Shown here piece after piece: positions 44,059-57,042 of a DNA stretch of 64,000 nucleotides. This DNA comes from Eledone cirrhosa. Lineage: Eukaryota. Under the pieces are notes generated by a model. The model was given only the letters and a program-made list of their open reading frames with translations, ran no database searches and was not told the DNA's origin. The position numbers and the translations under genes were made by a program. The stretch lies in the NCBI GenBank assembly GCA_964016885.1, contig OZ024746.1:76322001-76386000 (forward strand). Reading direction: 5' to 3'. How positions within the stretch are numbered: the stretch's first letter is position 1; each line of letters opens with the position of its first letter.

Positions 44059-47000
44059 CACACATTCACATATATATATACACAACAACACGACTAGCTC
44101 TCTCTCTTCCATTTTCTTTATGTGTCTCCTCTTCCTCTCTCTATGGCTCTCTTTCAATCTACTCTCTCACAACCACTATCTCCATCTCTCTATCTCTTTC
44201 TCTCTCCCTGTTTATGAAGGTACCTGGAAAAACCCCATATTTCGGGCACCCGTGCTCCAATTTATGCGAAACTTGTTTTATTTCATTTGTATTCCCATTT
44301 CAGGGTCAACTTCCTTTCAAAGTATTTTCCTATCATGCACCCCTTTAGCTGCATTACATTACAGACAAGCAAGCCAACAATCACAGAGTTTTAGTAGTAT
44401 ATAGATACATAAATAAGAGTGTTATTGCTCCAGTCAGTCCACAAACCCCTAGCAAACACCCTAAACTGAATGCCAGCTTGTATCCATGACCCCTGCCAAA
44501 CCAAACTGTTCCAAATTCAGCAAATCAAATGTGGACCACCCATCCTCCCAAACTCAGCATATGTAACTGGACCTCAACAGCCACCTAATGCGGAAGACAG
44601 ACATTATCAAGCTGCAGCTGTCATATTACATAGTTTCTACATAATAAAGCTAAAGTTTTACATGTATATATGTGTGTGTATGTATATATACATTTAGTAT
44701 TGACAGCCGCGAGAATGATTACTCAGTACCGTAGTAAAGATTTACAAAATTGTGTGCATCTGTGTCTCTATGTTTACATTTACTGTATCTTATCAGTTTG
44801 ATATATAAGAGATCAATATAATAAGCACCAGACTTTAAAAAAATGTATGAAGGTTGATAAAATTGACTAAATCCTTTCAATGCAGTGCCCCAGCATGGTC
44901 ACAGTCTAAGGACTGAAAAAAAGTTTAAAAAATAAATAAAAGAATCATTAGATATAATATTTCATAAAAATATTTTTTTTTATTATTGCCAGCCCCTACC
45001 TCTTTGTCAGTCTAAAAATTCTAGAGTCTGTCTCAAGCTCGGAAACTCATCAGACCAGTGCTTATCCTGGTTTTCGCGGAGTGAATGAAGTGACTGAGAG
45101 TACTAGACTCCCCACTGGACAGGACACCAGTCCATTGTAGGGTTAAACCCCCAGCTATTGCTGGTACTCATTTTCAACTGAGTATAGTGGAGAAATATGA
45201 AATAAAGTGTTTTTCTCAAGAACACAACACACAACCCAGTCCAGGGATTGAACCCACAACATTATGATCGTAAGTCCAACACCCTTATAAATTTTACAAC
45301 TCATTAGTTTCCAATGTAATAAATATTGAATCTCATTATTTTTTAGTGGCCTTTTTTTCTTTTACTTTATTGTATGAACTTGGAAGAACTTTCTGGACTC
45401 ATTTACTTTATTCAACCAACCTCTCAATGTTTTTAAACAGTGTGCTCTGTGGCATGTGATGTGTTGGTATTCACAAGCATCCAGGAAACCAAAACAAACC
45501 ATGATGTCATAACTTCTTTCACTAGGAATGATCTTATGAAGTTTCATTGTTTTCTTGTCATAGGTCACATACCACTGGGAATTGAACTCATGGCCTTACA
45601 ATTGTGAGCTGAATACCCAAACCATGTACCTTCATATCTATTGTTACAATTGACAAGCAAAACTAATATAGATTCTCTTCTGATAAGGAGCACCATGCAG
45701 AAAAACAGTAAGAGGAAGAAACTATCAGGATGGAACAGAAATAGGATAAAAGAAGTTGCAATGGATAAAAAGAATCATCAGTTATTCTGAGATTGTACGC
45801 ATACTTTTCATTCATCAAACACACAAGGTCATTGGTCAACCCCAAGGCTATATATAGTAAAAGAGACTTGCTCAAGGTGTCATGCATGAATGAAAAACAA
45901 ACCGTGTGTTTATGAAACAAGTCCCTTAACCACACAACCATGCCTATGCCAGCTTTTTTTTTTAATATACTAATCCTCACAAAGGTTCATAGAATGATAG
46001 ACAAAAATATATAAAACTGAATTTAATCTAATCTTAAATTATCTCCTCTTGCTTTGTTTACAGATGCCAATTATGACACCATTGATGTTCAAACAGTCCT
46101 CTATTTGATAACAAACACAAAACAAATGAAATAAACAGTTGAAATATACTTGTACAACTTTGTGGAAGATCAAATAAACCTGTTGGAAAATGCTTGAATT
46201 GATTCTACTCAATATTGTCATAATACCTAGCATTTTGTATGTTGTAATAAGTTTGCTTTTGGACACTGTTTTAGTCACAACTTCAGTATTAGTGCTTCTA
46301 GGTATGATAACTGGAAATATTATGATGGTTCATGCTTCAAATTATCTCTATAAAATATTCACTTGGTTAATATATTCTATTCTAGAATATATTTTTGAGG
46401 AATAAACCTGTTTATGTTATCTTTTAAATACATTGTTCTTATTGTTATTATTATACTAGAAATCATTATTTTATACTAGAAATCATTATTATTCAGTGAT
46501 GTAAGGGTGGTGGATTGGCAGTATCGGTAGAGTATCAAACAACATGCTTTGCAGCATATATTTATGTCTCTTTATGTTCTGAGCTCACGGTTAGCTTTGC
46601 CCTTCATCCTTACGGGGTCGTAAGTGCTAATTTAGAAAGAAATATTACACAGGAACCAATAAAATGAAGTACCAATTGAGTACTGGGGTCAATACAATTG
46701 ACTTTCCTCACAACCAAAATTGCTGTCTTTGTATCTAAATTAGAAACCATTATTATTCAGTGATAGAAATAGGGATGTTTCCTGGGGTTTTTTATATGCA
46801 TAATGTCTACTAATGGAGACATTTATTAGTAGCTACCCTTTGATAGGTTTCTATCATAAAAAATTTACTATTTCCTTTTATTATAATTATGCGTACATAT
46901 TTTATTTAGTACTCATAATAAAATACATAATATAAATGGAATTTATACTATACTATGACATTACTCTTATATTGGAAACTATAACATGATTGGATTATCT

Positions 47001-47384
47001 ATTCCAGCCATATCTGTCCATTATGCAGAGTCAGATTAAAAATTTCTGCTTTCAAAATGGGAAGGAGATGATTCCAATGACCAGAAAGCTAACAGTTAAA
47101 AGTCTAGACCATATCTATGCCATTTCTTTAAATGAAGGAATTTTAAATCAGATTATAACTACATGCTGCAAGATATTTGTTCCATGGCATAATTTTAGGC
47201 TTAGTCAATTATATCAACCCTAGTATTTGACTGATACTTTATTTTATTGACCTCAGAAGGATGAAAGACAAATTTGACCATGGCTTCATTTGAACTTAAG
47301 TAAAAGTCTCTAACTAAATACCACAAGCCATTTTTTCTGATGCTCTGATGATTCTGCTAATACACACCCCAAGTAAAAATAATG

Positions 47385-47757
47385 CTTTCTTTGGGGAAGG
47401 GGAAAGTCGATTAAATCGACCCAAGTACATTACTTTATTTTATAAACTCCATAAGGATGAAAGGCAAAGCTAATCTCAGCAGGGTTTGAACTCAGTACGT
47501 AAAGGGTCAAAACTCTATGCTGCAAAGCATGGTGTCCGGCACTTTGCCGATACTGCCAATCCACTGCCCTATCCCAAGCAAAAATAATTGTTTCTACTTT
47601 TGGCACAAGGCCAGCAAATACCCAGTACATTACTGGTTCTTTATTTTATCGACCCCGTAAGGATGAAAGGCAAAGTTAACCTCGGCGGGATTTGAACTCA
47701 GAATGGAAAGGGCCGTAACTCTATACATCAAAGCATGGGTGTCCGACCCTCTACCAA
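47385..47757 (-). mobile_element. Two tandem tRNA-derived SINEs (family A)
   Basis: Two copies of the GGATGAAAGGCAAAG..TTTGAACTCAG core. Confidence 0.85.
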
Positions 47758-49445
47758 ATGACAGAAGGTTTGTCCAAAATAGTAAGTTGGGATTTGGACA
47801 TCATTCTCAAGGCAATGAGTCTAAATCTTGATGGAGCCAGTTTTGTCTTTTATCTTTTCAAAATCAATAAAATAATTGTTAATTATCTGTAATGTAGGTG
47901 ATCAACTGAATCAATTATATGCCCTTCCTTCCCTTAAAAACATTGACCTTCAGCCAAGTGACAAGAAATCAATATTTATCCCAATAAAAACGTAAATAGA
48001 AATAACACTGTTCCAAACGTGAGCAAATCAGGAGCAAAATAGAATATTTGAATATTTTTTGTAGAACAGCAGAATATATAAAAGGTATAGGCATGGCTGT
48101 CTGGTTAAGAAGTTTGCTTCACAACCATGTGGTTCTGGGATCAATCTCACTGGGCAGCACCTTGATCTTTTACTATAGCCTCAGTTTGCTATGATAAAAT
48201 GTACCCAACACACTCTGTAAAGAGGTTTGTGTTAAGAAGAGTTTCCAGCCATAGATATTATGTCAAATGTTTTGAGACAACCTTTCCAATCACAACATGA
48301 CAACCTCCCTAATGCTGGTGCCATGAAAAAATGCACCCAGTACATCCTGTAATGTGGTTGGGGATAGGAAGGGCCTCCAGCTGTATAAACCATGCCAAAA
48401 AAGTAATAAAAGGACTCTTTACTTGTGTTAAGGGCGTGACAATCTCTCTAGTGTCGATGATCTAAACGACAAACACTTTCAATATACTCTGTAAATTTGT
48501 TGGTGATAGTAAGGCTATACAGCCATAGAAAACCTGCCAAAGTCAGGAAAACTTTTCAAAGACATAACAATTTCCCATGCACCTGGTGCATATGGCGGAA
48601 TAGAGGAATGAATGTAAGCAAAATGCATGGCCATGGCCTATCTCAGAGGACGCAACAATAAAATGCACCAGTGCAATGAGTAGAGTGCAGAAAGGATGTA
48701 ACCCCCAGTCTGAGAGGTCAGTAGCTCTGATTAAGTACTGACTTGGTCTATGAGGACTTATCCAAACTTTGCTAGTAGAATAAACATGTTAAATGATGAT
48801 GATGATGTAAGGTGGTTGGTGATAGGAAGGGCATCCAGCTGTAGAAAGTATGCCAAAATAAGAATGAGAAGACTTTTCACTTGTATCAGGGGCATGATAA
48901 TTTCTCTAGTATTGGTTCAACATCATCATCATCATCGTTTAACGTCTTCTACGCTAGCATGGACACAATAAAATGCACCCAGTAAACTCTGTAAAGTGGT
49001 TGGTAATAAGAAAGGCATCCAGCTGCAGAAAACTCACCAAAAAAAAAGGTTGAGAAGACTTTTCAATTGTGTTAAAGACTTGACAAACTCTCTGATACAT
49101 GTAACAAGTGCATTTTATCATGGCCCCCCACCTCTAGAGTGCAGGGATATATGTAAGCAGGATGCAGGATATATGTAAGCAGGATGCAGGCTCCTGGTCC
49201 ATCTGTAAGGTTAGTAGTGCCAGTTAAGTACTGGCTTTGTCGATGACAACTTGTCCAACCTTTGCTAGCAGTGAAATGGTGAAGATGATACACACACATA
49301 TGCAAACACACACACTCACACATACGCACATGCACACACACACACACACACACACACAAATATATATATGCATATATATGTATATATTTGGTATCTATGA
49401 GATATATCAAATATGACTTCAAATGATAGGAATTGTTATTATTAG

Positions 49446-49652
49446 AGGGTGGTGGATTGGCAGTATTGGTACTGCCCCGCGACATAGAGTTACGGCCATT
49501 TACGTTCTGAGTTCAAATCCCTCTGAGGTTAGCTTTGCCTTCATCCTTACGGGGTTGATAAAATAAAGCACCAGTAAGTACTGGGGTCGATTTAATCAAC
49601 TTCTCACCCCCTTCAAATTGTTGGCCTTGTGCCTAAAGTAGAAACAATTATT
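49446..49652 (+). mobile_element. tRNA-derived SINE (family A, long-tail variant)
   Basis: GGTGGATTGGCAG..GAGTTCAAATCC..GGCCTTGTGCCTAAAGTAGAAACAATTATT. Confidence 0.85.
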
Positions 49653-49694
49653 AGACTGCAAACAACAGTAGATTCTGAAGCAGTGATTGCCATG

Positions 49695-51617
49695 GTTGTG
49701 ATAGTGGTGTTGGTGGTAGTAATGATAGTGGTAGTTGCAGTTGTAGTAGTGGTGGTGGTAGTAGTGTTGGTGGCAATAGTGGTGGCAGTAGTAGCTGTAG
49801 AAATGGTGGTGGTAGTAGTGTTGGTGGTAGTAGTGTTGGTGATAATAGTGGTGGTAGTAGTAGCTGTAGAAATGGTGGTGGTACTAGTGTTGGTGATAAT
49901 AGTGGTGGTAGTAGTAGTAGCTGTAGAAATAGTGGTGGTAGTAGTGTTGGTGGTAGTAGTGTTGGTGATAATAGTGGTGGTAGTAGTAGTAGTAGCTGTA
50001 GAAATGGTGGTGGTAGTAGTGTTGGTGGTAGTAGTGTTGGTGATAATAGTGGTGGTAGTAGTAGCTGTAGAAATGGTGGTGGTAATAGTGTTGGTGGTAG
50101 TAGCTGTAGAAATGGTGGTGGTAGTAGTGTTGGTGGTAGTAGTGTTGGTGATAATAGTGGTGGTAGTAGTAGCTGTAGAAATGGTGGTGGTAGTAGTGTT
50201 GGTGATAATAGTGGTGGTAGTAGTAGTAGCTGTAGAAATAGTGGTGGTAGTAGTGTTGGTGATAATAGTGGTGGTAGTAGTAGTAACTGTAGAAATGGTG
50301 GTGGTAGTAGTGTTGGTGGTAGTAGTGTTGGTGATAATAGTGGTGGTAGTAGTAGCTGTAGAAATGGTGGTGGTAGTAGTGTTGGTGATAATAGTGGTGG
50401 TAGTAGTAGTAGCTGTAGAAATGGTGGTGGTAGTAGTGTTGGTGGTAGTAGTGTTGGTGATAATAGTGGTGGTAGTAGTAGCTGTAGAAATGGTGGTGGT
50501 AGTAGTGTTGGTGATAATAGTGTTGGTGATAATAGTGGTGGTAGTAGTAGTAGCTGTAGAAATGGTGGTGGTAGTAGTGTTGGTGGTAGTAGTGTTGGTG
50601 ATAATAGTGGTGGTAGTAGTAGCTGTAGAAATGGTGGTGGTAGTAGTGTTGGTGATAATAGTGGTGGTAGTAGTAGCTGTAGAAATGGTGGTGGTAGTAG
50701 TGTTGGTGATAATAGTGGTGGTAGTAGTAGTAGCTGTAGAAATGGTGGTGGTAGTAGTGTTGGTGGTAGTAGTGTTGGTGATAATAGTGGTGGTAGTAGT
50801 AGCTGTAGAAATGGTGGTGGTAGTAGTGTTGGTGATAATAGTGGTGGTAGTAGTAGCTGTAGAAATGGTGGTGGTAGTAGTGTTGGTGGTAGTAGTGTTG
50901 GTGATAATAGTGGTGGTAGTAGTAGCTGTAAAAATGGTGGTGGTAGTAGTGTTGGTGATAATAGTGGTGGTAGTAGGAGCTGTAGAAATGGTGTTGGTAG
51001 TAGTGTTGGTGGTAGTAGTGTTGGTGATAATAGTGGTGGTAGTAGTAGCTGTAGAAATGGTGGTGGTAGTAGTGTTGGTGGTAATAGTGTTGGTGGTAAT
51101 AGTGGTGGCAGTAGTAGCTGTAGAAATGGTGGTGGTTGTAGTATGGTGGTAGAAGTGGTGGCAGTAGTGACCTTAGAAATGGTGGTGGTTGTAGTGGTGG
51201 TGGTAATAGAGGTGGCAGTAGTAGCTGTAGAAATGGTGGTAATAATGGTGGTGGTAATAGTGGTGGCAGTAGTGGCTGTAGAAATGGTGGTGGTTGTAGT
51301 GTTAGTGGTAGTAGTGTTGGCAGTAGTGGTTGTAGTGTTAGTGGTAGTAGTGTTGGTGGTAGTAGTGGCTGTAGAAATGGTGGTGGTAGTAGTGTTACCA
51401 GTAGTGACTGTAGAAATGGTGGTGGTAGTAGTGGAGGCAGTAGTGACTGTAGAAATGGTGGTGGTTGTAGTGTTGGTGGTAATAGTGGTGGCAGTAGTAG
51501 CTGTAGAAATGGTGGTGGTTGTAGTGTTGGTGGTAATAGTGGTGGCAGTAGTAGCTGTAGAAATGGTGGTGGTTGTAGTGTTGGTGGTAATAGTAGCTGT
51601 AGAAATGGTGGTGGTGC
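49695..51617. repeat. 1.9-kb triplet-based satellite (GTG/GTA) with a higher-order unit marked by GCTGTAGAAATG
   Basis: Seen directly; units of about 54-70 bp. Confidence 0.95.
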
Positions 51618-51772
51618 CTACAAATCATCAATTAAATCTCAAATTATTCAGAAAATATTAGAGGGAAATACCAGCCTTCTCTGTTGCAGTGTCTAAGTCT
51701 GCCTGTCTTCTCCATTTTTTCTCTGATTAATTTTTGTTGAATTCGTCTCTTTTTAAAACCATATTCATTATA

Positions 51773-52131
51773 TTTGATCTCCATGTGTCTAACACACGTG
51801 GACATGTCTACAAAGTTAGAAAACAACACAGCTCCCATGACTTTCGGAAACATTTTTTTCACGCTCAGAGTTGCTGAAGCATGGAACAAACTGCCTGCGT
51901 CAGTTGTTAGCTGCCGAGACACTGCTTCCTTTAAAACCCTCATGCTTCCCGAAATTCGCCAAAACTACACCTGATCTACCCCTTCCGTACACATGCACAC
52001 ATGTGTATATCATGACTCATGCACTGTTCATTTTCTTGACGTTTGTACATTACCCTATGTACTATACATACACTTTTGATGAGTTGTAGTGCACCTGAAC
52101 ACTGTACACAATATTTTCATTATTATTATTC
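51773..52131 (+). mobile_element. 5'-truncated CR1-group LINE fragment, single 3'UTR unit
   Basis: [22 protein letters not shown]; (ATT)n tail. Confidence 0.9.
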
Positions 52132-52133
52132 AT

Positions 52134-52321
52134 ATTGGCAGTATCGGTAGAGAGTCGGACACCAGGCTTTGAAGCATAGAGTTACGTCCCTTTATGATCT
52201 GAGTTCAAATCCCGCCGAGGTTAACTTTGCCTTTCATCCTTACTGGGTCGATAAAATAAAGTACCAGTAATGCACTGGAATAATTGCTGGCCTTGTGCCA
52301 AAAGTAGAAACAATTATTATT
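52134..52321 (+). mobile_element. tRNA-derived SINE (family A) abutting the LINE tail
   Basis: TTGGCAGTATCGGTAGAG..GAGTTCAAATCCCGCCGAGG..AAACAATTATTAT. Confidence 0.88.
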
Positions 52322-53048
52322 CATATTATGTGAATATTCCATGGACGCTGAACCCCTGGTGGAGTTGTAGGGTGCGTTGTCTTGAACATTTAAAAAATCT
52401 GGTTGAATCCATCCCCCAGCAAATTTGAACACAGGGGGATTTCTTTGTGTGTGTGTGTGTGTTTACGTAAGAGACAGAGAGAGAGATGTAGGAAAAATAT
52501 TGGTCCCAGTATTTGATTGGGACATTATATATCAACCTTGAAACGATAAAAGGCAAAATTAACCTCAGCAAGATTTGAACTCGAAGAGTAGAGAGCCGGA
52601 ACAAATACTGAGGTTCTAACAATCCTGCTAATTCGCTGCCTCAAATTATAATGAAAATCAATGGTGAATTTACAGAGGTAGTAGTGCATCACCTTCTACA
52701 TGCAAAGTTCAAATCCCGTTAGAATCTCTACAATGTATATATAACGTGTACCAGTAATACACTGCTGTAAAATCAATTGCCAGCACCTCTCTAAAAGAAA
52801 TTGGTTTTGTGTCATGTTTGATAGAATTGCTTTTTAAAATCAATGAATATAGCAACCCACTTCTGTAGTTGATGTATGAGCATGTGTATGTGCATGTACA
52901 TTTGGATTTGCAAACAGGAGAAAAAAAGTACTCAATACATGTGGTACATTATATATATATATATATTGTTATTAGTAATGCACTTGGTAATTGCTGGCCT
53001 TGTGCCAATAGTAGAAACAATTATTATTATATATATAATTAAAATTTA

Positions 53049-54062
53049 TTAACAGTTTTTAGTGAAGAATGTATGAGATTTGCTAATGTTCTTGAAGAAT
53101 AGTGTCTCGTTTATTACCCCAGAGTCCTTGTCAACCGTATGAGAAACAAAGGGCCACATAAAGTGTATTCTGGTACACGGAACAGATTTCCTCCAAAACG
53201 GTTGTGATACTGACTCTGATTTGTGCCTGAAGGAGTTTCCAGTGCACATATCAACATCATACCAAAACTTCAGGAACAAAAATGGATTACAAGGCGATTC
53301 TATCAAAGCCCCTTCAAATGGTCGTAACTTTAATGGGAAAATATTTTTCTTTGTAAAATTATATCTTGGCTTACCGTATGTGTAGTCAAAGATTGAAATC
53401 TCATTTTCTCCAAAGAAAAATATATCAATATAAGGCCAACGGAACCCATGATATTTTAAGGTTTTAACATCTTTAAAGAAAAATTTCCATTGAAATGTCT
53501 CAGGATTGTACACCTGAAATCCATCAACTGTTTGTGTCACATTATAAAAGATTTCTCTCTGTGAATAATTCATAAAGATATCAATGTCATCGTCCCAAGG
53601 AATCATGCCATGATGACGGTAAGATCCTAAAAGTGAACCTCCGTACAAGAAAAATACAATTTTGTTATGACGGCAAATATCAATAAAAGATTGAAAGACA
53701 TACAAAAGGAGTTTCTTCTCTGTAGGTGTGATTGTGTTTTGGTAAATTATAGCCAAGGATTCATTTCCTGTAATTGATGAATTGACAGTTTCATTGACAA
53801 CGATGCCGATATGTGTGTCATTGAAGTGAAAGTTTCCAACTAAATCAGGAAATGTGTTTTTATCAAAGTTCCTTTCAGCGATGACATAATTATTCATAAT
53901 TATCCGAAACTGCCTACTTTCTTCTTGATCAATTGGCCATAAGGTGATACCAGACAGAAAAAGTATAGTAATGAAAATTCCTAGGACAAAAATCAGTTTC
54001 TTTAACAGCAATGGGATTTTTAATCGATATGGTGAACAATATAAAACACTATGTTCAGACAT
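53049..54062 (-). CDS. LicD/fukutin-FKRP family phosphotransferase (nucleotidyltransferase fold), type II membrane protein, single coding exon, 337 aa
   Basis: N-terminal TM helix ([20 protein letters not shown]); N-glycosylation sequons in the stem; LicD signature [26 protein letters not shown]; WPYIDIFFF; [11 protein letters not shown]. Confidence 0.92.
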   Translation of the reverse strand: MSEHSVLYCSPYRLKIPLLLKKLIFVLGIFITILFLSGITLWPIDQEESRQFRIIMNNYVIAERNFDKNTFPDLVGNFHFNDTHIGIVVNETVNSSITGNESLAIIYQNTITPTEKKLLLYVFQSFIDICRHNKIVFFLYGGSLLGSYRHHGMIPWDDDIDIFMNYSQREIFYNVTQTVDGFQVYNPETFQWKFFFKDVKTLKYHGFRWPYIDIFFFGENEISIFDYTYGKPRYNFTKKNIFPLKLRPFEGALIESPCNPFLFLKFWYDVDMCTGNSFRHKSESVSQPFWRKSVPCTRIHFMWPFVSHTVDKDSGVINETLFFKNISKSHTFFTKNC

Positions 54063-54639
54063 ATTTATATAAATATATATATATATATATATAAAATTAT
54101 ATTTTCTGTTTCAGTCTCTGTTTACTTTGTTTTGATATCTCTGTCTTTTTCTTCTCTATTTACTTTCTTGTTATTTCATCAATCCCATCAAAATTAAACC
54201 AAAATTACGAAAAAATTGTCAGTTTTGTAGTTTTTAAAATATAATTTGAACTATAATAGATAAACGTTTAGCAGTTTTGTTAGAGCATGTTCTCCAGAAG
54301 GCCATCAACACCTATTACAACATTTCAAAGACAAAATGTGGTTTATACTAAATAAGCTATGACAAAACAAAGAGGCATGGGATGTGGGCCATGCAAAATG
54401 TTTATTGTTACACTGATGTACATATGACATATAAATGTATAAATAAATTTTATATTCTTTCCTGAGACAAACATATTTTTAGAGAATATTTTTATGTGAA
54501 TGTTTTTGGAAGTTTACTACTACCAACACCACCACCACCAGACACAGAAGAAGGTCATGTAAATGACCAGGGGATGGGGGGGGGGGGATTAAACAGAAAT
54601 TAATCGAAAAGAAGCTACCTTTCATATTTAGATTTCTAT

Positions 54640-55160
54640 ATTTTGATCAAACCGCCACCCTCCTTCAAAAACGAAGGAGAGGCGGTTTTCCTTTGTGTAA
54701 TAACTATGGCGAAAGACGTTGTTTGGTGGATGAGGTTAAAAGGGCTGAGGTCAGACACCTTTCTCTCCGGCCAACAACTGATTCTTTTTTTCAAATACCT
54801 CTTTGGAAGAAGAATCAGGATGGAGAGAGAGGTACTGTACCCCAGCAAGTTTTATGAAAGGTGGGTGAAAGTGGCGAGAATGGCCCGAGTTAATGGGCCT
54901 TCTCTCTATATCAGCCTGTAGATTGAGGAAAAAGAGGAAGAGAGGAAAGGGGTACAAACTTTTCGTACTCCTGGAGATGAGGGTTGTACATTTTTTTCGG
55001 GGGTATGTGTTACCCATATAAAATGTCTCCCCCTATTAGGGAAAATCGATTAATTTTTAAATTGCATTTGTGATAGTATTTTACACGTTTTTATTGTATG
55101 TAAACTTCCCGCTTTGTATTTGTCCCCTTCTTTTGTACCCCTGTAGCTAATAAAGAAACA
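54640..55160 (+). mobile_element. Short 3' fragment of the same L1/Tx1-group LINE family as 30485-31670
   Basis: IKPPPSFKNEGEAVFLCVI..VVWWMRLK..RWVKVARMARVNGPSL; 3'UTR ending AATAAAGAAA. Confidence 0.85.
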
Positions 55161-56993
55161 TATTTTGAGGAGTTAGTTCCTTTCCCCTCATATAGATCTA
55201 CATGATTGGCATGTTATAACAATCATTGTATATATGTTGGCATTCTGCTTTTTTCATGTCTATATTATGAAATATTAGTTATAGTAGCCCGAGCTAGTGC
55301 CTCAGTATTTAGTACCCCAGGTTAGCTCTACAATCTGTGCCCCTTTCTTCCAAATATAATATAATTTCAACTTAAAATTTGACAAACAGACAAACCTAGT
55401 TATTGATACTTGTTGCTTTGACTACACTAAGAAAATTATTAAGCCTGTATTTTCCACTACACAGTCCACACTCAGATACCTTTCACTGCTTTGGATATTT
55501 CCACTATGTTTATAACATTGCAGATGTTTGTGATTTATTTATTAATTGCAGGAAATCATTATATATTTAATTTAATGGTACAAATGTATAAAAAAGAATT
55601 GCGATCCTTTGGGGTTCAGTAATGCACCTCTCTGAAGTCTGTGCCTTAGACGGCTGCCTATTTGGCCTTAATGGTAGCTTGTGGGTATAGCCCATTCCAT
55701 TGCAATGAATTCTGTTTCAGTTTCAATTTTCAGCAGCTTATAAAGGATATCTGTAAAACTTTATCACATAGAATTATGATCCATTTCTTGAAAATTTGTT
55801 TGAGCTCAACTCCTGCAGGGAACATAATTAAAAATATTTGACTGATCTGTGCCACCAAGATAAAGATAGTGACTACCTGGAAGGTAAACTTGAATCAATG
55901 CTTCATAGAAAATGTCTCATATTGAGACTATAATTATAGTAATATGCATTCTTTGAAGAACTTCTCAGAAATAGTTTTATCAATTACAAAGTCCTTTGGC
56001 TGAAGCCTTCTTTCACTCAGAATTGATTAAAAAAATATAAATGTTGAATGTGCTTAGGTCCGTAAAGTAACCTTTAATCTAGCACCAATTCCTGGCAATT
56101 TTCCCAAGTTCCAATCAAAATGACAAACTATACATTTATTATTCCAAATCTACAAAATCTTTCGACGTGAAATGTAAATTGTTTGTGAAAAGAGACAAAA
56201 ATGAATGAATATAAAAATGAATAAATAAAATAAACAATAAAAAAAGAAATCCTTTGATTTATCAGCGAAATTATGAGATTCATCAGTGAATTAGGTTTAA
56301 GTAGGTCTGATTAGTGTGTGTAGAACAACCCAGCATATGCAGAGAATTGATTCTTGTCATTAACAGTTTCCTACAGTTCTCCCCCCCCCCCCCCCTCTCA
56401 GGCAAAAGGATAAAATAGCTTGGCTGATAACACATGAGCTTTTTTTCCTAAACATTATTTATTATCCTTCCTCCCTATCTTTACTCACTCTCTATCTTTC
56501 TATTTCATCTTTTATTTCTCATTCTATCTCCTGATGGAGGACTAGTGTACAAAATTTAAAGACTCTTTTCCTACTATATCAAGTGTTAAACTAATATATT
56601 TCTTTACTGAACTGCGTTGTTTGCTTTGTTGTTTCTATTTACTTTTCTCAGACATACATATGTGTGTGTAAGTGTATGTATCATCATCATCATTATCACT
56701 CTTTAACATCCATTTTTCCATGTTTTCATGGGTTAGATGAGTGGTCCCATTGTAAGGCAAGCCAGATCAGAAAACCGTCTCTTGCTCATACAAATCTGTT
56801 TCTGGCTTGGTTTCTATGACTGGATGTCCTTCCTGATGCCAATCACATTTACAGTGTGGACAGGGTGCTTTTTATTGTGGCACCAAAATGACCACTTTAC
56901 AGTGTGGCCTGGGCACTTTTATCATGGCATCAACACGACCACTTTACAGTGTGGACTGGGCAATTTTTGTTATGCCACTAAGACGACCACCTA

Positions 56994-57042
<49 letters not shown>

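Noticed and set aside
49629-51661. 507-aa and 172-aa poly-Val ORFs
   Set aside because: Triplet satellite; they start in a SINE tail at GTG and contain no domain.
52327-52445. Minus-strand DFLNVQDNAPYNS resembling the Tc1 QQDNAP motif
   Set aside because: Too short and degenerate to support a call.
56525-56600. CTGATGGAGG..CAAAATTTAAAGA resembling a decayed minimal hammerhead
   Set aside because: Both conserved core boxes are mutated.
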